A stretch of DNA of 20,000 bases from IMG/VR virus record IMGVR_UViG_3300022917_000009; one strand, written 5' to 3'. Source of the DNA: an uncultured virus (IMG/VR IMGVR_UViG_3300022917_000009) (lineage: Duplodnaviria; Heunggongvirae; Uroviricota; Caudoviricetes). Positions 1 through 7,658 of the stretch are shown in pieces (the stretch's first letter is position 1; each line of letters opens with the position of its first letter). The translations under genes and the position numbers were made by a program. The notes beneath the pieces were generated by a model. It saw only the letters and a program-made list of their open reading frames with translations, did no database searches and was not told the DNA's origin.

Positions 1-162
1 TCATTCACAATCAAATACCTCACCAAGTGCGACGATATGGGGCGGTGTCAATTCACCCTCTCATGGTGCCAGCATTACGCCCCCGGATACGTGGGGATGC
101 CGTGGATGCGCACTCAGGTTTTCTTCGCCGATCCCACAAGCTACGGATTTCCCAGACCATGA
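1..162 (+). CDS. 3' end of hypothetical protein (truncated by window)
   Basis: Frame 1 is open from base 1 (SFTIKYLTKC...YGFPRP) to TGA 160-162, which overlaps ATG 159 (ATGA coupling). Confidence 0.6.
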   Translation, partial: SFTIKYLTKCDDMGRCQFTLSWCQHYAPGYVGMPWMRTQVFFADPTSYGFPRP

Positions 163-365
163 CAGACAACGAGCTAATCGAGTACGGATTCCGAAAGGGC
201 CACTTCTGGTATCTCGGCGAATTCGCGAAGCCCGGCAATCCACGGCACAGCATCGACATCGTGGACGGGTGGAGAATGTCGCCCGCTTTCAAGTCCGGGA
301 GGCTATCGGCGAATGCCCGACTAATCCTCACCCAGCACGCCACCGGCGACGGAGAAATCAAATGA
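159..365 (+). CDS. Hypothetical phage protein
   Basis: MTDNELIEYGFRKG...ANARLIL; ATGA overlaps at both ends. Confidence 0.7.
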   Translation: MTDNELIEYGFRKGHFWYLGEFAKPGNPRHSIDIVDGWRMSPAFKSGRLSANARLILTQHATGDGEIK

Positions 366-997
366 TCGTTACGACCGCCTTTTGTGACCGATGCGGGAAG
401 CAGCAACCGCCCGACGTGTATTGGGCGGAGGTCGTCAAGACCTTCGTGTTTGACCTCCGCGCCGACGGGATAAATGGCGTCCCTCGCAACGTGGACCTGT
501 GCGGATCGTGCCGCCGCGCGGTGATTGCCGCGATGGATGAAGCACTCAAGCCGCAACCATCTCCCGCCCCCACGTTCGCCGCGCCCATGACGAACGGAAT
601 GCCGGAAGGACTGAAGGAAATTACTCAGGGAGCGATGGCAACAGGTCGCTACGAAGGCTCGGAAGACACGATCATATTTCGGTCGCCCGATGGGAATTGG
701 CGCCCGGTTGCGCGCGTGACGACCAACGTAGACACCGAAAACGTACGCGCACTCTTCGCCGCCGCCCCGGACCACGCCCTGCTGCTCGCGGCGATAATGG
801 CCGGACGCGCCAATATGCTCTATCCGCATGAGATGGACATGCACGCGGACGAAATTGAGGGAGTGCCAACCGAGGTACTTGTGCGGGACGGCGATGGCAC
901 CGTTGCGTATCCTATCGTGCGTGATTCATTCGGTGGACAGATAGTTGACGACGCCCTGCGCGCCGCGCTCGTGAAGGCGCTGGAGGGGAAGCCATGA
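362..997 (+). CDS. Hypothetical phage protein with N-terminal Zn-binding motif
   Basis: GGAG RBS, ATGA start; CDRC...DLCGSC motif; 'RALFAAAP' resembles the common phage ARLIAAAP motif. Confidence 0.75.
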   Translation: MIVTTAFCDRCGKQQPPDVYWAEVVKTFVFDLRADGINGVPRNVDLCGSCRRAVIAAMDEALKPQPSPAPTFAAPMTNGMPEGLKEITQGAMATGRYEGSEDTIIFRSPDGNWRPVARVTTNVDTENVRALFAAAPDHALLLAAIMAGRANMLYPHEMDMHADEIEGVPTEVLVRDGDGTVAYPIVRDSFGGQIVDDALRAALVKALEGKP

Positions 998-1170
998 GAC
1001 GGTTGATATATCGACTCCTCGGCGTCTGCTTCCATCACTGGAAATACGGCGCAGTTAAGAACCTGACTGCGACAGTACCCGGCTCTCCCGGCGAGTGGGA
1101 AGTTACGCGCCAAGAGCGAACCTGCCGCATCTGTGGGAAGAAGGAATTTGCCAAGATGTTGGAGTTGTGA
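994..1170 (+). CDS. 58-aa prophage protein, DUF1660-like (not in ORF track)
   Basis: Translated by hand: MRRLIYRLLGVCFHHWKYG...RTCRICGKKEFAKMLEL*; C-x-H-x-W plus CxxCG pattern; ATGA coupled. Confidence 0.7.
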   Translation: MRRLIYRLLGVCFHHWKYGAVKNLTATVPGSPGEWEVTRQERTCRICGKKEFAKMLEL

Positions 1171-1171
1171 T

Positions 1172-1251
1172 TCTGCCCGCCTCGAAGCCCCTCGCCTGCG
1201 GCAGCAAGAACACGTCGCGCGTCGCAGGTCTGAGGCTTCAGGGCGCGCAGG
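1172..1251 (+). other. Long imperfect RNA hairpin (about 31-position rod), possible RNase III site
   Basis: tctgcccgcctcgaagcccctcgcctgcggc pairs in register with gtcgcaggtctgaggcttcagggcgcgcagg; intergenic; no U-tract. Confidence 0.6.
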
Positions 1252-1287
1252 GTTGGCGCTAGAAGGACACGACAAGGAGAGCCGAAC

Positions 1288-1545
1288 GTGGGAAAGAAAA
1301 CCGCCGCACCCGTATCGCGATACGAAGCTGCCCTCGCCGACGAACATCCTCTCGCCGAGTGGTGCGAAGCATTGGCGACGAAGCCGAAGACCCGGCACTT
1401 GTCGCCGGAACTGATCTACGACGCTGCCGTGCGCAATTGCTGGGATGAGCGCCGGTTACGTCTGATGAGCCCGGCAGACCTCGCCGCGCTTGAAGTCCCG
1501 CATCCGAGTGTTACATGGCCATCTATGATTGAGGAGGCGCTCTAA
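1288..1545 (+). CDS. Hypothetical protein
   Basis: AAGGAG RBS before GTG; TAATG coupling to next gene. Confidence 0.75.
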   Translation: MGKKTAAPVSRYEAALADEHPLAEWCEALATKPKTRHLSPELIYDAAVRNCWDERRLRLMSPADLAALEVPHPSVTWPSMIEEAL

Positions 1546-1973
1546 TGCTCTTCGCCGTCGAAACCACAGCATCCGCCTCGGTGAACCCCGCGCCGGAGTC
1601 GTTCGTCCGCCGCCTCGCCATGAAGTTCCGCCGCTTCACCGACGCACAAACCGCCGCGCGGGACGCTTCACTCTCGGCGACAAAGGGCGTGCTGAAGTGC
1701 AACGCCCGGGTGGTGCCGGAAGATGCGGAAGCCGAGCACGAACTCTCCCGCATGAAATTCTGGCGCTCCTGTTTCGAGAAGGCGCTGGACCTCCGCGCGG
1801 CGCAGTTTGAAAAGGCGAAGGCCAAGGCGCTGGAATTCCCCTGCGCTGAGACGCTCGCCGCCGTCACTGTCACGAAGACCAAGTGGGAGACGAACCCGAC
1901 GCACGATGAAGTCCTGCGCCTTGTCATCGCCGAGGCTCGCGCGGAGTGGGCGCAGAGGGAGCGGGCACGATGA
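1545..1973 (+). CDS. Hypothetical protein
   Basis: GAGGAGG RBS; coupled at both ends. Confidence 0.75.
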   Translation: MLFAVETTASASVNPAPESFVRRLAMKFRRFTDAQTAARDASLSATKGVLKCNARVVPEDAEAEHELSRMKFWRSCFEKALDLRAAQFEKAKAKALEFPCAETLAAVTVTKTKWETNPTHDEVLRLVIAEARAEWAQRERAR

Positions 1974-2188
1974 GGCCGAACACTCACTACTCCCGCGTGG
2001 TCTATATCGACTTCCCGGCTTCCGACATCACGACCCTGCGAGCCATCGAAGAAGCGCACGAATTGGCCGTCGAGGAGGACGTTGTTGTGCGCTTCAACCT
2101 CAACGGCTGGGATTGCGAAGTGACGCGGTGGCACAAGCCGAAGGAAGTAGATGCGGCGTTTAAGAAGTGGTTGAAGGCTGAGCTATGA
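1970..2188 (+). CDS. Hypothetical protein
   Basis: ATGA-coupled start (MRPNTHYSRVV...). Confidence 0.7.
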   Translation: MRPNTHYSRVVYIDFPASDITTLRAIEEAHELAVEEDVVVRFNLNGWDCEVTRWHKPKEVDAAFKKWLKAEL

Positions 2189-2490
2189 CTCTCCGCCGAT
2201 TCTTCGCCGCCATCCTCCCCTCACCCTCGGTGCCCCGCCGCTTTCCGCGCGCCTTGGTCTCCTCCCGCATGGAATTCTGGCAGGAGGCCAAGCGCGCGCT
2301 GTACCGCGAGCGATCCGAGACGTTGAACCACCTGCAATCCATCGCCGCGAACTTTCCGGGCGATGAAAACGAGGAGCGGGCCGGGCGCGCCGCTCTGCAA
2401 TTCTCGGTGCCCCTCACGCACGCGGAAATCGTCGGCTGGATTCACGGCGAGGCCCTGCGCGAGGCGATGGAAGAGAGGAGCGGGAGATGA
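2185..2490 (+). CDS. Hypothetical protein
   Basis: ATGA coupling at both ends. Confidence 0.7.
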   Translation: MTLRRFFAAILPSPSVPRRFPRALVSSRMEFWQEAKRALYRERSETLNHLQSIAANFPGDENEERAGRAALQFSVPLTHAEIVGWIHGEALREAMEERSGR

Positions 2491-2711
2491 GCGGAATCGA
2501 AACGAACAACCGCGAGGATCGCGAGGATGGCCGGTGGTATGCGGCTTCAGGCAGTGGTTCTTCGGCGCGCCCTTGGTTCGTCGGGCGCAAGATAGGTCCC
2601 GGGCGAGGGCACGAAAATGCCGAGAGTAGCAAAGGCATTCGCAGGTGCTTCGCAACTCGCCGCGTCGCTCAGGATGCAGCAGACAAATTGAACAATGAGG
2701 TGGCCAAATGA
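2487..2711 (+). CDS. Hypothetical protein
   Basis: AGGAG RBS, ATGA coupling. Confidence 0.7.
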   Translation: MSGIETNNREDREDGRWYAASGSGSSARPWFVGRKIGPGRGHENAESSKGIRRCFATRRVAQDAADKLNNEVAK

Positions 2712-2818
2712 CCTCCCTCCTCTCCCTGTTTCCCTGCTCGCCCTTGCTGATCGTGGTCGTGCTGGTCGCCGGGTCTTTTGTCTGCGGGCTTTTCTCTAGG
2801 CGCCCGCCTGAGTCGTGA
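2708..2818 (+). CDS. 36-aa single-transmembrane peptide (not in ORF track)
   Basis: GAGGTG RBS, ATGA coupling; MTSLLSLFPCSPLLIVVVLVAGSFVCGLFSRRPPES*. Confidence 0.55.
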   Translation: MTSLLSLFPCSPLLIVVVLVAGSFVCGLFSRRPPES

Positions 2819-2857
2819 ACCTCGACGAACCGCCGCACTTCATCCTCGCCGCTCTTC

Positions 2858-2891
2858 GCCCCTCCGCTCCGGCTGAGGGGCTTTTCTTTTT
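2858..2891 (+). terminator. Rho-independent terminator
   Basis: GCCCCTC-loop-GAGGGGC followed by TTTTCTTTTT. Confidence 0.8.
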
Positions 2892-2918
2892 CCCTCGGCG
2901 ACAACCACTTCCGCACGC

Positions 2919-2984
2919 TAAATAATTCTCGCCCTACCCCGCATTATTTCCTTGACCCGGCGCCCGCATTTTGAGGGCATGCGG
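2919..2984 (+). promoter_or_regulatory. Putative promoter/operator
   Basis: AT-rich tract; TTGACC at 2952-2957 flanked by CCCGCATT at 2938-2945 and 2963-2970; inverted ATGCGG at 2979-2984; no consensus -10. Confidence 0.55.
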
Positions 2985-3001
2985 CCAAGGAGAAAAAGCA
3001 A

Positions 3002-3217
3002 ATGGCAGACAACAAGACCAAGCGAGCCCCGACGGTAAGCGCGCGGGAGTTCGCGGCGAGTCACGGAGTCCACGTCAAGACCGTGCATGCCGCGTGCCGG
3101 GCCGGGCTGCTGAAGTTCAAGAAGGACGCGCTCGGGTTTTATCGCATCCCCGACGGGCCGAAAAACAGGGCGGCGTTCGCGAAGCGCCCGGCGCCGGGAA
3201 GGAAGCGGGGGAAGTGA
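3002..3217 (+). CDS. Excisionase/MerR-like helix-turn-helix DNA-binding protein (HTH_17-like)
   Basis: VSAREFAASHGVHVKTVHAACRAGLL...GFYRIP winged-HTH pattern; basic tail; AAGGAG RBS. Confidence 0.8.
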   Translation: MADNKTKRAPTVSAREFAASHGVHVKTVHAACRAGLLKFKKDALGFYRIPDGPKNRAAFAKRPAPGRKRGK

Positions 3218-3447
3218 GCAACCACACATACACCGAGGAGCAGGTTCGCAAAGCCGTTGCCGATGCGTTCGGAGTCGGGATGGCGATGGGTCTGATAGAT
3301 GCTGGCGTGGACCCTGTAACCAGCATCATATCAATTTCCAGATACACGGATAACGGGGATCGCGTGGTTGCCATCCGTTCCATACAGGACAAGGTAGTCG
3401 CGAGGCTAGTGGCTGGGGTGGCCTTAAGGAAGTCGCAAGAGAACTGA
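3214..3447 (+). CDS. Hypothetical protein
   Basis: GTGA-coupled start (MSNHTYTEEQVRKAV...). Confidence 0.65.
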   Translation: MSNHTYTEEQVRKAVADAFGVGMAMGLIDAGVDPVTSIISISRYTDNGDRVVAIRSIQDKVVARLVAGVALRKSQEN

Positions 3448-3497
3448 TCCCAGCAGGTCCGCCGCGCAGTACATTCTGAAGAGGAGCAAGGACACCG

Positions 3498-4115
3498 ATG
3501 CCTACCGGATACACAGCACCAGTTGCAGACGGAGAGATTGTGGAGTTCAACGAGTTCGCATGGAACTGCGCACGGGCATTCGGCGCACTGTACTTTCTGC
3601 GCGATGCCGACGAAGGCAAGGATGGGCAGCGCCGCATTCCGAAGACGCTCCCGACCGTGTGCGACTGGAACCAAAAGCGCCTTCAGGAATCTGTAGCCGC
3701 TCTCGCCGCCTTCGAAAAGATGAGCCCCAAAAGGCTCGTGGCCGCATACGAAAAGCACGTGCGAGACGCGAAGGAAACCGGGAAGAAGTATGCCGCAGAG
3801 GTCCGTGAAAAGAAGCTGCGATACAACACCATGCTCAAGAAGGTGCGGGCGTGGGAATCCCCGAGCAGCGATCACGAGGAATTCAAGAAGTTCATGATCC
3901 AGCAATTGGAGGAGTCCATCCAATTCGATTGCGGGCATACGTACAAGCCGGAATGGGCCAAGAGCATCGTCATTTTCGTGGCTCAAAGAATCGCCTCGCT
4001 CAATCGCGACATCGAATACCACACCAAGGAGCACGCCGCCGAGGTCGAGCGCACTGCTGGCCGCAACGCGTGGATCACAAAGCTGGCCGAATCTCTGGAC
4101 GCCAAAGGAGCCTGA
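3498..4115 (+). CDS. Conserved phage hypothetical protein (MPTGYT...CARAFGA type)
   Basis: Recognisable N-terminus MPTGYTA and CARAFGA, plus W-x-x-P-x-x-x-H-x-x-F-K-x-FM-x-x-QL motif; GAGGAG/AAGGA RBS. Confidence 0.85.
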   Translation: MPTGYTAPVADGEIVEFNEFAWNCARAFGALYFLRDADEGKDGQRRIPKTLPTVCDWNQKRLQESVAALAAFEKMSPKRLVAAYEKHVRDAKETGKKYAAEVREKKLRYNTMLKKVRAWESPSSDHEEFKKFMIQQLEESIQFDCGHTYKPEWAKSIVIFVAQRIASLNRDIEYHTKEHAAEVERTAGRNAWITKLAESLDAKGA

Positions 4116-4119
4116 CCCC

Positions 4120-4626
4120 ATGACCTTATCGCCGAAGCCAGCAGAGAAGATCGGATTTCGCTACCAAGAAGACCAAGGACAACGGTTCGACGTCCACGAC
4201 CTCGACAGACACGCCCGCGTCGCCACGTTCTACAACGAGGAGGACGCCAAGCAGTACGTCATTGAGCACAACGCCTGCGCGCCCTTCGCGAACCCCGCAG
4301 CGTTGGGACAGGCGGTGGAGGCGCTGCGGGAGCTGATCCGTGCTGACGGCGCTCTGATGCGGGTAGGTGAGGGATCGCCAAATCGCGTCGACGTTGAGAA
4401 CGCTGTGCGCGGGTGCTTCCATAACGCCCGTGCTGCTGTCGCGGCCCTCGACGCAGGCGCGCCCAAGTTCGCATTAGGAGACAAGGCTCTAGTTGTTTCC
4501 GATTTGGCGGGCGTGCCAGACAAGATTGGCGTCGTGACGCGGGTTAGCCCCGGGCCGAATGGAACCGAGTGCGAGGTGAACGGCTCTTGGCACTGGGAAA
4601 ATACACTGGGAAAGGTGCCTCAATGA
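4120..4626 (+). CDS. Mosaic hypothetical protein with C-terminal SH3-like segment
   Basis: AAGGAG RBS; C-terminal KFALGDKALV...GVVTRV pattern. Confidence 0.75.
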   Translation: MTLSPKPAEKIGFRYQEDQGQRFDVHDLDRHARVATFYNEEDAKQYVIEHNACAPFANPAALGQAVEALRELIRADGALMRVGEGSPNRVDVENAVRGCFHNARAAVAALDAGAPKFALGDKALVVSDLAGVPDKIGVVTRVSPGPNGTECEVNGSWHWENTLGKVPQ

Positions 4627-5033
4627 ATCAGCATATGATCGAAGTCGTGAAGGCCCGCGCAGACGAATTTCTCGCCCAATATGCAAAGGAAAACCCGCCG
4701 ATGAAGACCGAAACTTTCTTCCGCCTGTCAGATGCGCGCTTTGCCGAGATTCAGCGCATCGCCGAATCGCCGAATTCATGGCCTCCCCACAGGGCGAATG
4801 AGATTAGCGGCGCCATCAACGACCTGATTCGTGAACGCGCGGACTTGCTGGAAGTGCTCGACGGGATGCGCGCTTTCCTAGACGGCGAAGACGACTGCCC
4901 CGGCGTCGGCGACGTGGACGGATTCGCTGACTTCGAGCCAATCGACGTGGGCATCAACGCGCGGATGGTTCGCGCGATCCGGTCAGTGTGCCGTGCAGGC
5001 GCGGCCATTGACGGAACGGAGGGGAAGAAGTGA
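4623..5033 (+). CDS. Hypothetical protein
   Basis: ATGA-coupled; AAGGTG RBS. Confidence 0.75.
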   Translation: MNQHMIEVVKARADEFLAQYAKENPPMKTETFFRLSDARFAEIQRIAESPNSWPPHRANEISGAINDLIRERADLLEVLDGMRAFLDGEDDCPGVGDVDGFADFEPIDVGINARMVRAIRSVCRAGAAIDGTEGKK

Positions 5034-5272
5034 TGGGAATGCGCCGGAGGTTCATGATTGATCCACGATTGCTCGGCGCGGTTCTCGACGCATCCATGCA
5101 GGCGCCCCCTGAAGACGAGCCCCCGCAGAAGATGATGCTGGAGATTCGGGCGCCGGTTGAGTGGGGCGACTTGAACGACGCGCTCCGAACCGTGGACAAG
5201 AAGACCGAAGAAGCTCGCGACAACGACCGCCGCAGCCGCACGGGCCGCGCGAAGCACGACTGGAGGCAGTGA
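5030..5272 (+). CDS. Hypothetical protein
   Basis: GTGATG-coupled start (5030 or 5033); GGAGG RBS. Confidence 0.65.
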   Translation: MMGMRRRFMIDPRLLGAVLDASMQAPPEDEPPQKMMLEIRAPVEWGDLNDALRTVDKKTEEARDNDRRSRTGRAKHDWRQ

Positions 5273-5274
5273 GC

Positions 5275-5712
5275 ATGATCGTTTCTAAGTTTGAGCACGC
5301 AGGATTGCAGTGCATTATCCGCCCCGGTGGATTTGAAGGATTTTGCGGATATGTTGCCGTCCCCGAGGGACATCCCCTCCACGGTGTGGATTATGGTGCG
5401 GAGTGCGCGGCGTTGGCCGAGGCGCACAAGCTGGCGCTTCAGGGGCCAGTCGGGAAGCGTGGCGTGATGACTCTCTTTCGCGGCGATGTGGCGTGCCCGG
5501 AAACAGTCTTCAACGTGCACGGTTCTCTTACGTTTTCGGGCGCATTCCGCCGGGAGCCGGAACTCGACCCGTCCCTTTGGTGGTTCGGGTTTGACACGGC
5601 GCACGCCAATGATGGTCCGAGCGTACAGAACGTCGAGTACGTCACCGAGGAATGCAAGAGCCTCGCGGACCAGATCGCAGCGCTCTTCCCGCAACCGGTG
5701 GCCGCCCCATGA
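5275..5712 (+). CDS. Conserved phage protein (CGYV...HP...VHG-LT...WWFGFD-AH family)
   Basis: Motifs CGYVAVPEGHPLHG, VHGSLTFS, WWFGFDTAH, YVTEECKSLADQI are typical of a widespread phage family; GGAGG RBS. Confidence 0.85.
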   Translation: MIVSKFEHAGLQCIIRPGGFEGFCGYVAVPEGHPLHGVDYGAECAALAEAHKLALQGPVGKRGVMTLFRGDVACPETVFNVHGSLTFSGAFRREPELDPSLWWFGFDTAHANDGPSVQNVEYVTEECKSLADQIAALFPQPVAAP

Positions 5713-5903
5713 CCGAGCGCCAGAAGGTAATCGCCAGCATCGCGGGGCAACTATTCGCCGATTGGGCATCCAAAAACACGGACCACAACGGCGTCCTGTC
5801 CATCGAAGCTTCAACCAGATTGGGCAACGCCGCGATTGAAGTGGCGAAGTCTCTCGTCATCGCCGCCGAGGCCATCCCGGACCCGAGGGAGAGGGAGAAA
5901 TGA
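5709..5903 (+). CDS. Hypothetical protein
   Basis: ATGA coupling at both ends. Confidence 0.7.
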   Translation: MTERQKVIASIAGQLFADWASKNTDHNGVLSIEASTRLGNAAIEVAKSLVIAAEAIPDPREREK

Positions 5904-6325
5904 AGACGACGGACCATGGACTGCATGAAAAGATGATGGAAGGATGCGAACACGCAGTCACGGAAATGCATGGCGCCAGCTTGTACGACCTAGCCGCGTG
6001 GGTCGCTGAGATTTCTGACGTGCCCGTCTCCGCTGCTGGCGCAATCACGGCGTCATCCATGATACTGGCGTGGCTGGCATCGCGTGGAATCATGGTGGGG
6101 GATTGTCCGCCAGCATCTCAAGACACCTCAGGGCGTCGATTTCGGAAACAGGGGAGGCGCCTGCCGAGTGAGCGATTTGATGACGTGCGATTCTGCGAAA
6201 GGGTAACTTGCCTAAAACCTGTACCATCGTCCCGGCGCCGCAGCGGGTTATCTGCGGCCCCGAAAGGGACACCTGAAAGAGGAGCGAGAACGTGGGGCTT
6301 GACATTCGGTACTACACGAAACTGA
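5900..6325 (+). CDS. Hypothetical protein; C-terminal half may be read-through into non-coding DNA
   Basis: GGGAG RBS, ATGA start; after about 6120 the translation is Arg/Ser/Pro-rich and overlaps the next gene by 34 nt. Confidence 0.5.
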   Translation: MKTTDHGLHEKMMEGCEHAVTEMHGASLYDLAAWVAEISDVPVSAAGAITASSMILAWLASRGIMVGDCPPASQDTSGRRFRKQGRRLPSERFDDVRFCERVTCLKPVPSSRRRSGLSAAPKGTPERGARTWGLTFGTTRN

Positions 6326-6819
6326 AGGACATCGGCAATGCACCCGCTGATGGGGGATATGGCGACGGGCAGATCGTCTTCTACGACAACGAATACTTCC
6401 CGGGCCGGATCGCGCCGTGGAAAGACACCATCCTTTACTCGTACGATTGCAGCGAAGACCGAGAGGAACGCCACTTCCGATGCGGGTACACGAGCTATTC
6501 GGTGATGCGAAACAAGCTCGCCAAGCTCGCCGGGTACACTGCGACAGAATCGAAGGAACCGATGGCTACATTCCTCTACTCCAACGGCGTCTATGCTTCG
6601 GAGTGCGGCCCGCTCTTCGAACTGCTCAACTTCAGCGATTGCGAGGGGACAATCGGCGCCGACGCATGCAAGAAGATGGTCCCGGAATTTGAAGAACTTT
6701 GGCCGCAGATCGAAGCAGAGCACGTTGATGGGCCGTTCGACCACTTCAGGACATTCTGCGAGTATCTTCGCCGAGCACTGAAGGCTGGCGCAGATAAAGG
6801 AGCGATTCGGTTTTCGTAA
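6292..6819 (+). CDS. Conserved phage hypothetical protein (MGLD... / NFSDCEG type)
   Basis: GAGGAG RBS; MGLDI start; motifs RNKLAKLAGY and ELLNFSDCEGTIG. Confidence 0.85.
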   Translation: MGLDIRYYTKLKDIGNAPADGGYGDGQIVFYDNEYFPGRIAPWKDTILYSYDCSEDREERHFRCGYTSYSVMRNKLAKLAGYTATESKEPMATFLYSNGVYASECGPLFELLNFSDCEGTIGADACKKMVPEFEELWPQIEAEHVDGPFDHFRTFCEYLRRALKAGADKGAIRFS

Positions 6820-6837
6820 GCACGCGCGGTCGCCGAG

Positions 6838-7282
6838 GCCGCGCTGCACTGTGCCTCCTTGGGAATAACCTCTTCGAGCCGTGGCAATCTCGGCGGCTGA
6901 AGGCAAGGCTCCCCAAGGGGCACAGTGGAGCGCAGCGAAGGCTCCAACACTCTTGAAAGGCATGCTGTCCGAGATCAAGCGTAGGGCGGGGGATGGGTTG
7001 GGATGCCCTCCCCCCGCAGAACTCTCCGCCACGCCGCGTTGCAGTATGCTCCTTGCAGATCGTCGCCGATTCGCCGAGGAGCAGACTGGAGCGCAGCCAA
7101 ACTCCACCACTCTTTGAAAGGAAAACCGCAGTGGGTATCGAAGGTGATATGTCAGGTCACGTCAGTTAGCGCGCGGGCACCGATTAGGCCGTATCTCATG
7201 CGATTGAACAACGCTGGTACGCAGGTCGGCTGCTTTGCATCGCGCCCTCGGAACACAGGCCGAGGTCGCGGTAGGAAGCAGC
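6838..7282 (+). ncRNA. Putative structured RNA array: three related long hairpins (6838-6936, 7033-7097, 7229-7282)
   Basis: Homologous arms (gccgcgctgcactgtgcc / gccgcgttgcagtatgc / gctgctttgcatcgcgcc; 3' arms end in gcagc), G.G mismatch at pair 9 in all three, compensatory changes, variable apices. Confidence 0.6.
6926..7121 (+). repeat. Two 35-nt imperfect direct repeats (6926-6960, 7087-7121): hairpin plus boxA-like motif
   Basis: tggagcgcagcgaaggctccaacactcttgaaagg versus tggagcgcagccaaactccaccactctttgaaagg. Confidence 0.8.
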
Positions 7283-7310
7283 AGGGCAAAATCAAACAAG
7301 GAATAAGAAC

Positions 7311-7658
7311 ATGGAAAACGCAGAGAAGAACCCGGAATTTCTGCCCAACCTCGGCGCCATCGCAGTTGGGATTCCGAAGGCTCCGGACAAGCCGGAACCC
7401 ATCCCCGCTTCCGACGACGAAGCCAGCATGAACACCCTGCGCTACGCCAAGAGCGTCGCCGCGGATGAGCGGCGCAAGGCGTACAAGGCGCTCGACAAGG
7501 CCCTCGATGCTTACGGCGCCGAGGTCGACGGGAAGACCGCTGGTGCCCTCTGGACGTCGCTACAAGCTCGCGGGGAAGAGTACGCTGAGAAGGTGCGCAT
7601 CGAGGGACTGGCTCGCCGCGCAGTGACCGTGCGCGTTGCGGCGAAGGCGAAGAAGTGA
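7311..7658 (+). CDS. Hypothetical helical protein
   Basis: AAGGA RBS; GTGATG coupling downstream. Confidence 0.8.
   Translation: MENAEKNPEFLPNLGAIAVGIPKAPDKPEPIPASDDEASMNTLRYAKSVAADERRKAYKALDKALDAYGAEVDGKTAGALWTSLQARGEEYAEKVRIEGLARRAVTVRVAAKAKK

Noticed and set aside
3002..3217. True excisionase marking an att site
   Set aside because: No integrase or phage-host junction nearby; its position as first gene behind repeats fits a regulator better.
6127..6170. FMN riboswitch (starts CTCAGGGCG)
   Set aside because: The downstream conserved FMN motifs are absent and there is no riboflavin gene.
6176..6216. Hammerhead ribozyme (TTGATGA...GAAA)
   Set aside because: Core is TTGATGA rather than CTGATGA, the stem II closing bases are C/C, and stems I and III are unconvincing.
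7033..7109. tRNA or tmRNA (ends in CTCCACCA)
   Set aside because: No T-loop GTTCRA, D-arm or cloverleaf; the other repeat copy has AACA instead of ACCA.
6926..7121. CRISPR mini-array (35-nt palindromic repeats ending TTGAAAG)
   Set aside because: Only two imperfect copies, a 126-nt interval far above spacer length, homology extends into flanking hairpins, and no cas genes in the window.
6881..7431. Plus-strand ORFs 6881-7117 and 7003-7431
   Set aside because: No good RBS or coupling, low-complexity translations, and they overlap the hairpin array or the real gene at 7311.
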